From positions 1 through 49,325 of IMG/VR virus record IMGVR_UViG_3300017700_000166: a stretch of 49,325 bases of DNA. One strand, given 5' to 3'. Below, in pieces: positions 1-8,261 of the stretch. The stretch is from a virus. Lineage: Duplodnaviria; Caudoviricetes. The notes below the pieces were generated by a model. The model did not search any database and was not told the origin of the DNA. It saw only the letters and a list, made by a program, of their open reading frames with translations. Made by a program: the position numbers and the translations under genes. The first letter of the stretch is position 1. Each line of letters begins with the position of its first letter.

Positions 1-123
1 AATTCTCTAGAATGCCTTCGACATACTGCGCAGCAAAGTCGCTGCCGCTCCAAGAGAGTTTCATACTGTTCCTCCGTTATTCCGTAGGTTCGTCTGAGGT
101 GGCTCGCTCTGGTCATGCTTGCT
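1..123. repeat. Terminal direct repeat (copy 1); circular-assembly overlap
   Basis: Bases 1-123 are identical to 49203-49325, and genes read across the join. Confidence 0.95.
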
Positions 124-928
124 CGACCTTGGGAGCGCGGACAACCTTAGTGAGAAAGCGGGGTCCAGACGAATACGCATAGGTTTGAAGTCCCGGCCAG
201 CACGTGTCGTGGAACTCGCAGTACGAGCACGCGACTCCAAGCTTTCGATTGCCTGACTTACCATCAGGCTCATCATCGAACTGACGAGGCGGCGGTGAGT
301 TCGACGCAAGCATTGCATTCGTTTCATCCACCCTTTGTGCATAATCAACCTCCGGTAGTTCGTGTGTGTCTAAGCAAAGATGCCCAAGTACTTTATCAAC
401 GGCCAGAAAGTGGCCACGTTTACGGCCAGTAGCTGCACCGTAGCTCCCCAACTGAGACAAGTATCCAAAAGCGTCTTGTTCGGGTTTGAGGCCATCCTCG
501 AACTTCTTAAAAGAATAAGGAGAAGCAGACTTAACGTCCACCAACTCACCATCAACCATGGCGTCAAGATGTCCGAGAACCCCATTGATTTCGACCTCTC
601 GTTGTTCGTCTGTTACCTTGTGACCAGCAAGACGAGCCAGCAGCAGGATAACAGCCTCGGTTATGTCTCCGATTAGGAACTTGACCTTGGTCCATCCGTT
701 AAGCTTCGAGGCTAGCTCTGGTGTATTGATACTGTACCAAAGCTGACGACGACAAGGCTTACCAAGGTTACTCAATCGAAGACGTGGGATGTATTTCCCG
801 GTTACACGTTCTACAACCATATGGCCTAGACTGACACCGAAGTCTTCTGCTAGGCCATGCGGAACAGTTACGTCACCATCGAAGACGTTATAGATGTCGT
901 CTACGAGGGTATCAATTTTCTTATCCAA
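113..928 (-). CDS. PD-(D/E)XK (Cas4/RecB-like) exonuclease
   Basis: LRLSNLGKPC-RQLWY, GHLD..VDVKS and C-terminal CSYCEF..TCW motifs. Probable TTG start at 928 overlapping the upstream stop, rather than the ORF-track start at 1024. Confidence 0.85.
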   Translation of the reverse strand: MDKKIDTLVDDIYNVFDGDVTVPHGLAEDFGVSLGHMVVERVTGKYIPRLRLSNLGKPCRRQLWYSINTPELASKLNGWTKVKFLIGDITEAVILLLARLAGHKVTDEQREVEINGVLGHLDAMVDGELVDVKSASPYSFKKFEDGLKPEQDAFGYLSQLGSYGAATGRKRGHFLAVDKVLGHLCLDTHELPEVDYAQRVDETNAMLASNSPPPRQFDDEPDGKSGNRKLGVACSYCEFHDTCWPGLQTYAYSSGPRFLTKVVRAPKVEQA

Positions 929-1115
929 TAGTGGTGATCGCTGACTTATACAGATCGACTGTCGTCGTGATCTTGCCGTGTTCGGCGTGCTTCGTGACAA
1001 TCGTGACTGTGTTGCTGGCATCACTAAGGGTAAGCTTTACATCCTTACTGGCGACCCATGCGTAAGGCTTACCGTCAATGATGACTTCCAGAAGTTTAAT
1101 CTTGATTTGTTCCAT
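921..1115 (-). CDS. Hypothetical protein (64 aa)
   Basis: Translationally coupled ORF between SSB and exonuclease. Confidence 0.7.
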   Translation of the reverse strand: MEQIKIKLLEVIIDGKPYAWVASKDVKLTLSDASNTVTIVTKHAEHGKITTTVDLYKSAITTIG

Positions 1116-1609
1116 TAGAACACCGGGGGTTCGTCGCCGTCAGCTTCTGGCTTGACGTACTCGACTAGCTCATTAACATGTAGGCTGCTAAGGCGCGCTG
1201 CAAATCCCGGCGAACCCTCATACGTGTAGTCGTAGACCTCAGCCTTGACAGTGCAGATGCTTCCGTTGCCGATTGGAGTGCCCTCAGGTACGCCAGAAAC
1301 CGCAGGCGATCCGAGTTCACCAAGCTTAGGATGGCGCTCGTTTCGCCGGAATGTGACATCTCCCTTGACAGCACTGGACTCCTTACCCTTCTTCTTCGCC
1401 TTCAATCCGGCGATCATAACGTCTTCCTCTGACAGGGCTTGCGTCTTGGTACCAAGAGCGTTGTAACGCTTAGCCTCAGCATCGTCGAGAGTCATGATAA
1501 CCGACCAATTGCCACCGGCATTCGGGGTCTGGAACTTCGTATCGACCTGACCCGGCCAGACCTTTGCCCAACGCACCGGACCCGTAAATTCGTAGTACTT
1601 AGTAGCCAT
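1115..1609 (-). CDS. Single-stranded DNA-binding protein (T7 gp2.5-like)
   Basis: G.V.WAKV N-terminus, IGNGS..TVK.EVY motif, acidic C-tail ending in Phe (DGDEPPVF), replication context. Confidence 0.8.
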   Translation of the reverse strand: MATKYYEFTGPVRWAKVWPGQVDTKFQTPNAGGNWSVIMTLDDAEAKRYNALGTKTQALSEEDVMIAGLKAKKKGKESSAVKGDVTFRRNERHPKLGELGSPAVSGVPEGTPIGNGSICTVKAEVYDYTYEGSPGFAARLSSLHVNELVEYVKPEADGDEPPVF

Positions 1610-1833
1610 TAATTCAAAACCTTCGGTTCAATAGTCTGGAACTCAGCGTCGCCCTTGACTTCCTTGACAAGCTCAGGGTCTGCGTCTGAAATACTAATAA
1701 TCTTAAGATCGGGGACTTCGGAGAACGTCTCTAGGACACCCTGCGTAGCCTGCTCGTTGGACTCGGCTTTAACCATAACCGAGGCGCTTTCCGTGTAAGT
1801 CAACTCAACAATCTTGAAGTTGTCATTTTCCAC
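1609..1833 (-). CDS. Hypothetical protein (74 aa)
   Basis: GTG start abutting the HNH stop; TAATG-coupled to SSB. Confidence 0.7.
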   Translation of the reverse strand: MENDNFKIVELTYTESASVMVKAESNEQATQGVLETFSEVPDLKIISISDADPELVKEVKGDAEFQTIEPKVLN

Positions 1834-2142
1834 TTAGTGATGTTTCCTTATCTCGTAGCCGTAGTTACGCAAGAACTCTATTGATTGTTGGATACGGTCT
1901 TCCAGCCGGACACCGGGTGGTTGAGGACGACACCAAAGCTCAAGGTTCTCTATTCGATTGTCAGCGCGGTCACCATTCATATGATGAACGTATTCAGACT
2001 TAAGTAGTTCTCGGCCTAGATGTCGTTCCATAATCAGACGGTGTTGCGCCATCTGGCCACCTCTTGGATTAGGAACAACAATGTAACCGTATCTGTTAAT
2101 GCAACCCGTTCCTTTGGGTCTGCGTTTCTTAGGCAGTATCAA
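1834..2142 (-). CDS. HNH homing endonuclease
   Basis: HRLIMERHLGR.L...EYVHHMNGDRADNRIENLEL motif; TTG start overlaps the polymerase stop. Confidence 0.9.
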   Translation of the reverse strand: MILPKKRRPKGTGCINRYGYIVVPNPRGGQMAQHRLIMERHLGRELLKSEYVHHMNGDRADNRIENLELWCRPQPPGVRLEDRIQQSIEFLRNYGYEIRKHH

Positions 2143-4388
2143 TGTGTGTCAAGCCAGTTGCGGCCAATGGCAATACCACCATGACCAGAGAGAACGGAAC
2201 CCGCCATTGGGCACCGTAGGGAGAGTTCTTCTCCCGCCTGTCGGATGGCGTCGGCTTGCGTTTCCCCTACGATCAAGCCCGCGTCATACGAAGGAACTTC
2301 TGTCTGCCATTCGTCATGCACGAAGTTAACGATCTTAAATGGGACACCCATCGAGATCAGCTTCGGATACCAAATACGCATGGCATGTTTCATCACGGTG
2401 ACTTCACCGTTCTGAAGGTAGCCAGCGAGACAGAAATGTTGTTTAGAGTTAAAGTCTTCGCCTTTGATCTTAACCCATCGTCCGTCAAACCCTTGGAAGT
2501 AGCCTCGCCTAGCATCCTCAGGAATGATATTCTTCTTTACGTGTTTGAGGCCCGGGTAGAACTCGATGAAATTAGATACGGCTTCGGATGCACTATCGTA
2601 AGAGCACTCAAGAATTTGTGCCACTTTGCCGACTCCTGCTCCGAGAAGCCAAGCGTAAATGAAAGTCTTTGCGATATTGCGGCTGCCACATGCGGAACCA
2701 AGCGCGATTTTGTTAAGACTGTGCGGGTCAGTACCATCTTCCTTCTTGCCGGTTAGGAGGGATTGGGTGAACTTTTCATCGTCGATGTAGTGCGCAAGCA
2801 CTCGGAGCTGAATGCTCTCTGCATCGACCCCGACGAGGAAACTTCCTTCGGGACTTGACCACATACTTCGCATCTCAGCTCCAAAGAGGGAGTCTTCGCG
2901 AGCAATGTTGCCAGTATTGGGATTGGTGTGAGACATCCGGCCCGACCAAGCACCAATTCCGTTAAATGATCCATGTATCCTCTGCGTCTGGGAGTTGTAG
3001 GAGTTGATCCATTCAGTCAAAGTAGAACGACGTGAACCCAACATGATCCGGTGGGCCAGCGTCTTGGCGGCTTGCGTTAGCGAGATACTCCTTCGCAAGC
3101 TCTCCGTATTTTTCAGACCACTCCAGCCGAGTATTGCATCCGGTGCAGAGCAATCCACGAACGTTTCCGTTGGTGTGGCAGTGATCGACCACAAGTGCAG
3201 TTGCTGTTCGACAAATGTCGCAGCATCCGTTCCGTTCGGTAACCATTCGCTCATAGTCTTCGATAGAAAGGTTATACTTTCGGCGTAATTGTCGGTCTTT
3301 AGAAGCTCGGGGATTGGCGTGGTAAGTCTCTCGACTCCGACGTCTTCCAGCTTCCTTCTCGCGAGCGTAACGATCGCGGTGGTACTGCCTCCGCTGTTCG
3401 GAAGTTTTATAAGGCACTTATTTAACCAGAGTTCTTGAGGTTCAGTCGAAGGAAGAGTGTTCAAATTCTCTTCTGAAACAGTCCACCCTGTGATGGCGAA
3501 CTTTGCGATCTTTTCTTTGTCTTTATCGCGTATGGCCTTTATGTGGCCCTTAGTCTTTTCCGTGGGCTTCCAGCCTGCCTCGTTTAGTCGTTCGACAATT
3601 TGCGAAGTACTAGCTGGATTGAACGGTTCGTAAGATATAATCGTGAACGGACCGCCATTGAAATCGGTGAGGTCGGAGTCCGTCCATCTAAAATCATTTC
3701 GATTGAATGTTCCAAATTTCGTAAGTCTTGGAGTAACCTCTCGGACACAACGGACCTTAGGAGGGAACGCAGAGATAAGGTGGTCATCCAGTCCTTCTAG
3801 TTCAATACCAATAGTATACCATAGTTCTTTGGCTTTGTCAAGCTCAAAATGAAAACCATTTTCGTGTAGCTCTTGGCATCGTTCAGCAATGAAGTGTTCG
3901 ACCTCAATCGAGGATTTCCACTTAGGTGCGTTGACATACTTCTCGAACTTCTTCCAAAGAGCGTAATTAATCTCGACATCGGAACGGCACCGAACGACCA
4001 TGTCTTCTGTAAAGACACTCCAGTCTTCGATGTCCGCGTGTTCCTTCTTGATACCTAGGCGTTCACCCCACGCCTCTAGCGAATGCCCGCCAGCAATATT
4101 GAAATCAAGAAGACGGGAAAGGACAAGAGTATCAATTTTCCTAGAGTGCTTAGTGCGTTCCACCCAAGGCTGCACCAAGCGCCCAAGCTGAACAAGATCA
4201 TACCCGAGTATGTAGTGCCCAATCCAACAATCAACAGTGTCAGCAAAGCGAAGTAAGGGTCCCGGATCAATATTACATCTACGAAATTCATGGACTTCTC
4301 CAGTATGAACGTCCTTGGCTACAAGACAGTAAATCTCCGTAGGGGTGAGACCGTTGGCTTCAATGTCAAATACTACAGTTTTACCCAT
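2139..4388 (-). CDS. DNA polymerase, family A (T7-like), with a 121-aa insertion in the thumb region
   Basis: ExoI FDIEANG, ExoIII RCRSDV, motif A DAESIQLR, motif B AKTFIYAWLLG, motif C VHDEWQ. Confidence 0.95.
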   Translation of the reverse strand: MGKTVVFDIEANGLTPTEIYCLVAKDVHTGEVHEFRRCNIDPGPLLRFADTVDCWIGHYILGYDLVQLGRLVQPWVERTKHSRKIDTLVLSRLLDFNIAGGHSLEAWGERLGIKKEHADIEDWSVFTEDMVVRCRSDVEINYALWKKFEKYVNAPKWKSSIEVEHFIAERCQELHENGFHFELDKAKELWYTIGIELEGLDDHLISAFPPKVRCVREVTPRLTKFGTFNRNDFRWTDSDLTDFNGGPFTIISYEPFNPASTSQIVERLNEAGWKPTEKTKGHIKAIRDKDKEKIAKFAITGWTVSEENLNTLPSTEPQELWLNKCLIKLPNSGGSTTAIVTLARRKLEDVGVERLTTPIPELLKTDNYAESITFLSKTMSEWLPNGTDAATFVEQQLHLWSITATPTETFVDCSAPDAILGWSGLKNTESLRRSISLTQAAKTLAHRIMLGSRRSTLTEWINSYNSQTQRIHGSFNGIGAWSGRMSHTNPNTGNIAREDSLFGAEMRSMWSSPEGSFLVGVDAESIQLRVLAHYIDDEKFTQSLLTGKKEDGTDPHSLNKIALGSACGSRNIAKTFIYAWLLGAGVGKVAQILECSYDSASEAVSNFIEFYPGLKHVKKNIIPEDARRGYFQGFDGRWVKIKGEDFNSKQHFCLAGYLQNGEVTVMKHAMRIWYPKLISMGVPFKIVNFVHDEWQTEVPSYDAGLIVGETQADAIRQAGEELSLRCPMAGSVLSGHGGIAIGRNWLDTH
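3013..3417 (-). mobile_element. Endonuclease VII-family (putative homing) nuclease nested out of frame within the polymerase gene
   Basis: LRRKYNLSIEDY..M...NGCCDIC...LVVDHCHTNGNVRGLLCTGCN; GTG start; spans almost exactly the polymerase insertion. Confidence 0.88.
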
Positions 4389-4391
4389 TGG

Positions 4392-4562
4392 TCATGGCGT
4401 TACCTTTTTTAGATACTCGTTACTGGTCCGGTAAATATTCCAAGCGTTCGAAGCCTCTCGGTAATCACGCTCAGCACGGATAAGCTCACTTTCTGCCCGT
4501 CGATACGCAACTTGCGCGTTGGCTAGTCTATCCGAGGCGGCACGAACATCGCTTTCCGACAT
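4392..4562 (-). CDS. Small coiled-coil hypothetical protein (56 aa)
   Basis: Translated by hand: MSESDVRAASDRLANAQ...KKVTP; AGGAG upstream. Confidence 0.65.
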   Translation of the reverse strand: MSESDVRAASDRLANAQVAYRRAESELIRAERDYREASNAWNIYRTSNEYLKKVTP

Positions 4563-4861
4563 CACACACTCCTGATGTATTTTTTGACTAGGTCTTTGCG
4601 CTCGTGCTCAAGGAGATTGATAAGGATTTGGTTGGCTGGTTCCTGTTCGAGGAACACCCGCAACTGGCAAATCTCATTACTAATTTCCTTGAGCCGATCT
4701 TCTACGAGAAACCCTTCGACGGGATCAATCAGGTACGTTTTCCTTGCAATACAGTCGGTCTTGGGTGTTGGTGTACGCTGTCTGTCTCTGGCGAGCCTCA
4801 ACCCTTTCGCCGTGCGCTTTCTGCTCAGCCGCTCGCCGCTCTTTAATGAGTAGATCGACAT
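4562..4861 (-). CDS. Hypothetical protein (true start probably near 4730)
   Basis: ORF track; the 5' part overlaps another short ORF in a different frame. Confidence 0.45.
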   Translation of the reverse strand: MSIYSLKSGERLSRKRTAKGLRLARDRQRTPTPKTDCIARKTYLIDPVEGFLVEDRLKEISNEICQLRVFLEQEPANQILINLLEHERKDLVKKYIRSV

Positions 4862-4875
4862 GAGCTTTCATACCG

Positions 4876-5001
4876 TCAGGCATCCATCTTCTCCCGGAGC
4901 TTGTTGCGGAACTCTTCTTCGTCGGTCATCTTAGGTCGGTTCAGGTAGATCATGAAAATACCGAAGACCAGCAGTGCAAAACCAATCGTAAATCCGTTCA
5001 T
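4876..5001 (-). CDS. Small membrane protein (41 aa)
   Basis: MNGFTIGFALLVFGIFMIYL hydrophobic N-terminus; AGGAG RBS. Confidence 0.6.
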   Translation of the reverse strand: MNGFTIGFALLVFGIFMIYLNRPKMTDEEEFRNKLREKMDA

Positions 5002-5014
5002 TTGTGTCTCCTAG

Positions 5015-5260
5015 TCAGAAAGGAACTGAGTCGTTCATGTCGTCGTGTGCAGGAGGCTCGTAAGCCCCGTACATCTGGTTCAACCAGTCGTAAGCGTAGA
5101 AGGCAAGGGCTTGCCGTCCCGTACCTTTGTTGTACATGACATTGATCCCGGCAGGGGTACACCCTACGATCTCGCCGGGGCCTTTGTTCATGAAGCTATC
5201 GGGGACAGAGATCATGCCTCCGACAGCCAAGGACTCGCGAGAGAAGACCATTATTCGCAC
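5015..5260 (-). CDS. Hypothetical protein with acidic DSVPF C-terminus
   Basis: ORF track; co-oriented with neighbours. Confidence 0.6.
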   Translation of the reverse strand: MRIMVFSRESLAVGGMISVPDSFMNKGPGEIVGCTPAGINVMYNKGTGRQALAFYAYDWLNQMYGAYEPPAHDDMNDSVPF

Positions 5261-5315
5261 CCATCATCCATTAACCAAACAAACCAAACCAAACCAAGTA
5301 CACCGATGATCTCGA

Positions 5316-5537
5316 TCAAGCAGCCCGTGCCTTAGGCTCGAACATCGGCCACTTACCATGGCTGTGGTCCCACACATACTTCGGGACATCGTTCTTCGGC
5401 TCGCCGTAGTCGTCCACGAGGATGACATGGTAGGCGTTGCACTTCTCGACAGGCCACCAGATGTGACCCATGATGATTACGTTATCATTACCAGAACGAC
5501 GAAACTCACCCGCGTTATAAGGGACTTGGTCTTTCAT
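5316..5537 (-). CDS. Small protein, divergent member of paralog array
   Basis: Y.AG...VIIMG....AYHV pattern. Confidence 0.65.
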   Translation of the reverse strand: MKDQVPYNAGEFRRSGNDNVIIMGHIWWPVEKCNAYHVILVDDYGEPKNDVPKYVWDHSHGKWPMFEPKARAA

Positions 5538-5710
5538 GAAATCTTCCTACAAAAGGCGGGGTTTAGATCTTTTTCGAGGCCGTCAGTGCGAATACCCACA
5601 TAGTGTGCAACCCCACTGTAAATCGTGTATCCGTAGATCGTGTAAATACCCCATGAACCACCGGAGTATTTCACTGTGTCTCCGATGTCATACTTTAGAT
5701 GACGCGACAT
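5534..5710 (-). CDS. Small protein, paralog array (58 aa)
   Basis: Translated by hand: MSRHLKYDIGDTVKY...IYGYTIY...HYV; GGAG RBS; ATGA overlap. Confidence 0.7.
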   Translation of the reverse strand: MSRHLKYDIGDTVKYSGGSWGIYTIYGYTIYSGVAHYVGIRTDGLEKDLNPAFCRKIS

Positions 5711-5877
5711 CCGTCTGCTCCTTGTTCGATCTCTGTGCCGTCCTCAGCTAGACAGACGTAGTAGAGACGGGATTTGTAGTAGACGTACCCCATCACAGTA
5801 ACAGGCTCCTTACGGATTTTGAATGGGTCTGCCTTGTCCTCCCAATAGCCTTGGACGACTGTTCCAATGTCAAGCAT
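5695..5877 (-). CDS. Small protein, paralog array
   Basis: DIGTVV...VMGYVYY...YYV. Confidence 0.7.
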   Translation of the reverse strand: MLDIGTVVQGYWEDKADPFKIRKEPVTVMGYVYYKSRLYYVCLAEDGTEIEQGADGCRVI

Positions 5878-6076
5878 TGCAGACCTCAACCGATCCTAAA
5901 CAGACTTCAGTAGGTTCACCGAACGGCTCGCCCTTGTCATCCAAATTCATCACGAGGTAGTACGCCTCCGTATTAAAGTACGTCATCCCAACAACGATCA
6001 TTTTATGACGGTTATAACCGTTCTGGTAAACCGTACCGCTCGGTAGTGGTTTGTCGTCTTCGACATGAACTAGCAT
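5870..6076 (-). CDS. Small protein, paralog array
   Basis: SGTVY...IVVGMTYF...YYLVM. Confidence 0.75.
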   Translation of the reverse strand: MLVHVEDDKPLPSGTVYQNGYNRHKMIVVGMTYFNTEAYYLVMNLDDKGEPFGEPTEVCLGSVEVCNA

Positions 6077-6267
6077 ACACGAGCCTCCGCGGTCAGACTA
6101 GGACCCCATTCACGCGTACTGCCTGAGAGAACACCGTCAGTGATTTGCATCACTAAGTGATACGGACGACCCTCGAAGTACGTCATACCGACGACCATGT
6201 GCTCCCGGCCGAACAGGGCTAGGACAGTCCCGGATGCATAGGTGACATCCTTCCAGCTACTCGACAT
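6070..6267 (-). CDS. Small protein, paralog array
   Basis: ASGTVL...MVVGMTYF..PYHLVM; start moved to ATG 6267 (GGGAG RBS). Confidence 0.75.
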   Translation of the reverse strand: MSSSWKDVTYASGTVLALFGREHMVVGMTYFEGRPYHLVMQITDGVLSGSTREWGPSLTAEARVC

Positions 6268-6454
6268 GGTATTCTCCCATTGAGAAGCACCCCTCCTCGA
6301 CCGTCTTACCGTAGACATTCCCGCTTTTGCTATACCGCATAAGCAGCGTATAGGGAGCAGAGTCATAGTACGTAACCCCGACCACCATCCATCTAGAATT
6401 GTCATCTATTTGTCTCACTATTGTTCCAGCGGGGTAGGGGTCAGGGTAGGCCAT
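6257..6454 (-). CDS. Small protein, paralog array
   Basis: YPAGTIV...MVVGVTYY..PYTLLM. Confidence 0.75.
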   Translation of the reverse strand: MAYPDPYPAGTIVRQIDDNSRWMVVGVTYYDSAPYTLLMRYSKSGNVYGKTVEEGCFSMGEYHVE

Positions 6455-6456
6455 GG

Positions 6457-8049
6457 TTACTCCATAGGCGGTAGGTTTAAGACTTGGTGGCTTTCTTTGA
6501 GCATGAACTCATCGACGTCAAACGTTAGAACACCAGCCGGTCCCGTTCTTCCTGCGTAACGGTTCTTGGCAACTGTGACAAATGTCTTGTTGCGGTCTTC
6601 TTCAAGTTCCGCAAGGAGGTCTCTAGAGAGGTCAATTCGGAGATTAGCGACCTTAGAAATATTTCGCGAGCCACGGGTCTTGCCGTCGTCATTGACATGA
6701 CTAACGCAGAATAGCGTGAAATCAAGGTCATGACACATTGTTGCAAGTTTGGTAGAAAGGTAGTCGAGTGTTCGTCGTTCATCTTCGTTCTCTAGGCCAG
6801 AGACAACCATAGTAAGGTGATCGAGAAAGACATACTTGCAGCCGCAAACAGTAACAAGGAAGCGGATAGTCTCCAGAAGAATGTCTGGATCATCACTGCC
6901 AAAATGGGAATAGATATGCAAGCGATCATCGCGACCAGAAGTAAGTTTGGCGAGAGCACCTTCTATTTCCTCGTGGCTTACATTGCCCGTAGGTAGGTGC
7001 GCAGGAGACTTAAGTTCGATACCAGCCAGACCCTTGAGCTGACGGGACTTGGTTTCTTCCAGATGAATGCATCCAATCGGGACGACCGTAGTTGACAGGA
7101 GATGGTGCTCCAGTCGCCGGATGAATTCGGTCTTTCCAATACCTTCTGGAGCTGTGACGAGGACGAATTCCCCCGTACGAATGCCCATAGTTCGCTCTTG
7201 GAGGGACCCAAATGGATAAGGAATGGAAGGCTTTTCCTTGTCCTCGTCAAGTATTCGTCTAAACTCACTAAGTGAGGAGACAACTCCCTCAGGCATGTAC
7301 CTGCGTGCATTCCACCAGACATTCTTAAACTCCCGGACCTTGTCCTTGGTTAGGTATTCGTTGGCGTCTTTGTACGCGTCCAGTTTGACTTCATAGACTT
7401 TGTTGAAATCGAACAAGCTTGCGATAGATTGAGAAGCTTTCCGTCCTGCTTCGTCGTTGTCGAGCGCAAGGTAAATCCTCTCGAACGAATTGAGATATTC
7501 AAAAACAGATTGACAATCTTTACGCGCGGACGACGCACTACGTACCGAGACAGCAGGGTACGAACTCCCAAGCATTTGAAAGACCGATAAAGCATCGAGT
7601 TCACCTTCCGTAATAGTGATGGACTTACTCGAAGCAGCCGGGAACTTATCTTGTCCAAACAATCCGGGAGCGGACATCGTCCCGGTAGACCAGAAAGCTT
7701 TCTCACTAAGCGAGCGTACCTTCGTACCCCCACCCGGATATTGGTATCCCAACGCTACGGGCTTACCAGTATGGTCGATCTTCGTACCACACTTGTAAAA
7801 CCGCATTGTATCGGCAGAGACACCTCGCCACCCGACATACTCCAAAGTGAAGTTTTCGACATCAGGGGGAGGCGTACTAAATTCGGAATTGTCTGGTAGA
7901 CTGATCTTGTTACCTCTCGTCTTATTACATGAATAGCAGTGACTATGTCCGTCATCGTACTCGGTTAGAGCGTCTGATGACCCACAGTCCGGGCAGGGTA
8001 GGTGTGCCTTAAGAGCGACTGAGCTGATAGTAGTAGTCCTCCATTTCAT
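6457..8049 (-). CDS. T7 gp4-like DNA primase-helicase
   Basis: Zn finger CPDCGSSD..HCYSC, TOPRIM TEGELDA and LDND, Walker A APEGIGKT, FLDHL, RGS, KNR..G.TG. Confidence 0.95.
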   Translation of the reverse strand: MKWRTTTISSVALKAHLPCPDCGSSDALTEYDDGHSHCYSCNKTRGNKISLPDNSEFSTPPPDVENFTLEYVGWRGVSADTMRFYKCGTKIDHTGKPVALGYQYPGGGTKVRSLSEKAFWSTGTMSAPGLFGQDKFPAASSKSITITEGELDALSVFQMLGSSYPAVSVRSASSARKDCQSVFEYLNSFERIYLALDNDEAGRKASQSIASLFDFNKVYEVKLDAYKDANEYLTKDKVREFKNVWWNARRYMPEGVVSSLSEFRRILDEDKEKPSIPYPFGSLQERTMGIRTGEFVLVTAPEGIGKTEFIRRLEHHLLSTTVVPIGCIHLEETKSRQLKGLAGIELKSPAHLPTGNVSHEEIEGALAKLTSGRDDRLHIYSHFGSDDPDILLETIRFLVTVCGCKYVFLDHLTMVVSGLENEDERRTLDYLSTKLATMCHDLDFTLFCVSHVNDDGKTRGSRNISKVANLRIDLSRDLLAELEEDRNKTFVTVAKNRYAGRTGPAGVLTFDVDEFMLKESHQVLNLPPME

Positions 8050-8185
8050 CCATTTTAGTGTATTCTTCCTCTGTTAAGCGAACTTTGTTGCGGATACGTT
8101 CGCCAGTGGCACGTCTACCACATACACTTAAGTACCACTCAAGGTCTTACTTGGTATAGGGATTAACAGAGTATTGGTTAATCAT
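8009..8185 (-). pseudogene. 58-codon frame interrupted by an in-frame TAA at codon 13 (pseudogene or leader peptide)
   Basis: AGGAG RBS + ATG 8185; MINQYSVNPYTK*DLEWYLSVCG...QLSRS*. Confidence 0.4.
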
Positions 8186-8261
8186 CGTGGCCTCTCCTAT
8201 AGTACATAAAGAAGATATATCACCCCGGTGGCGGACGGTGACTAACGGGAATTCTATATGT

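Noticed and set aside
929-1024. N-terminal extension of the exonuclease
   Set aside because: It overlaps the 64-aa gene; the recognisable protein begins at about 928
3072-3437. Group I or II intron in the polymerase
   Set aside because: The insert is almost entirely nuclease ORF; no P7 or domain V-like elements and no room for a ribozyme core
4381-4395. Four-codon ORF (MTNG) overlapping the polymerase start
   Set aside because: It could aid coupling but is too short to distinguish from chance
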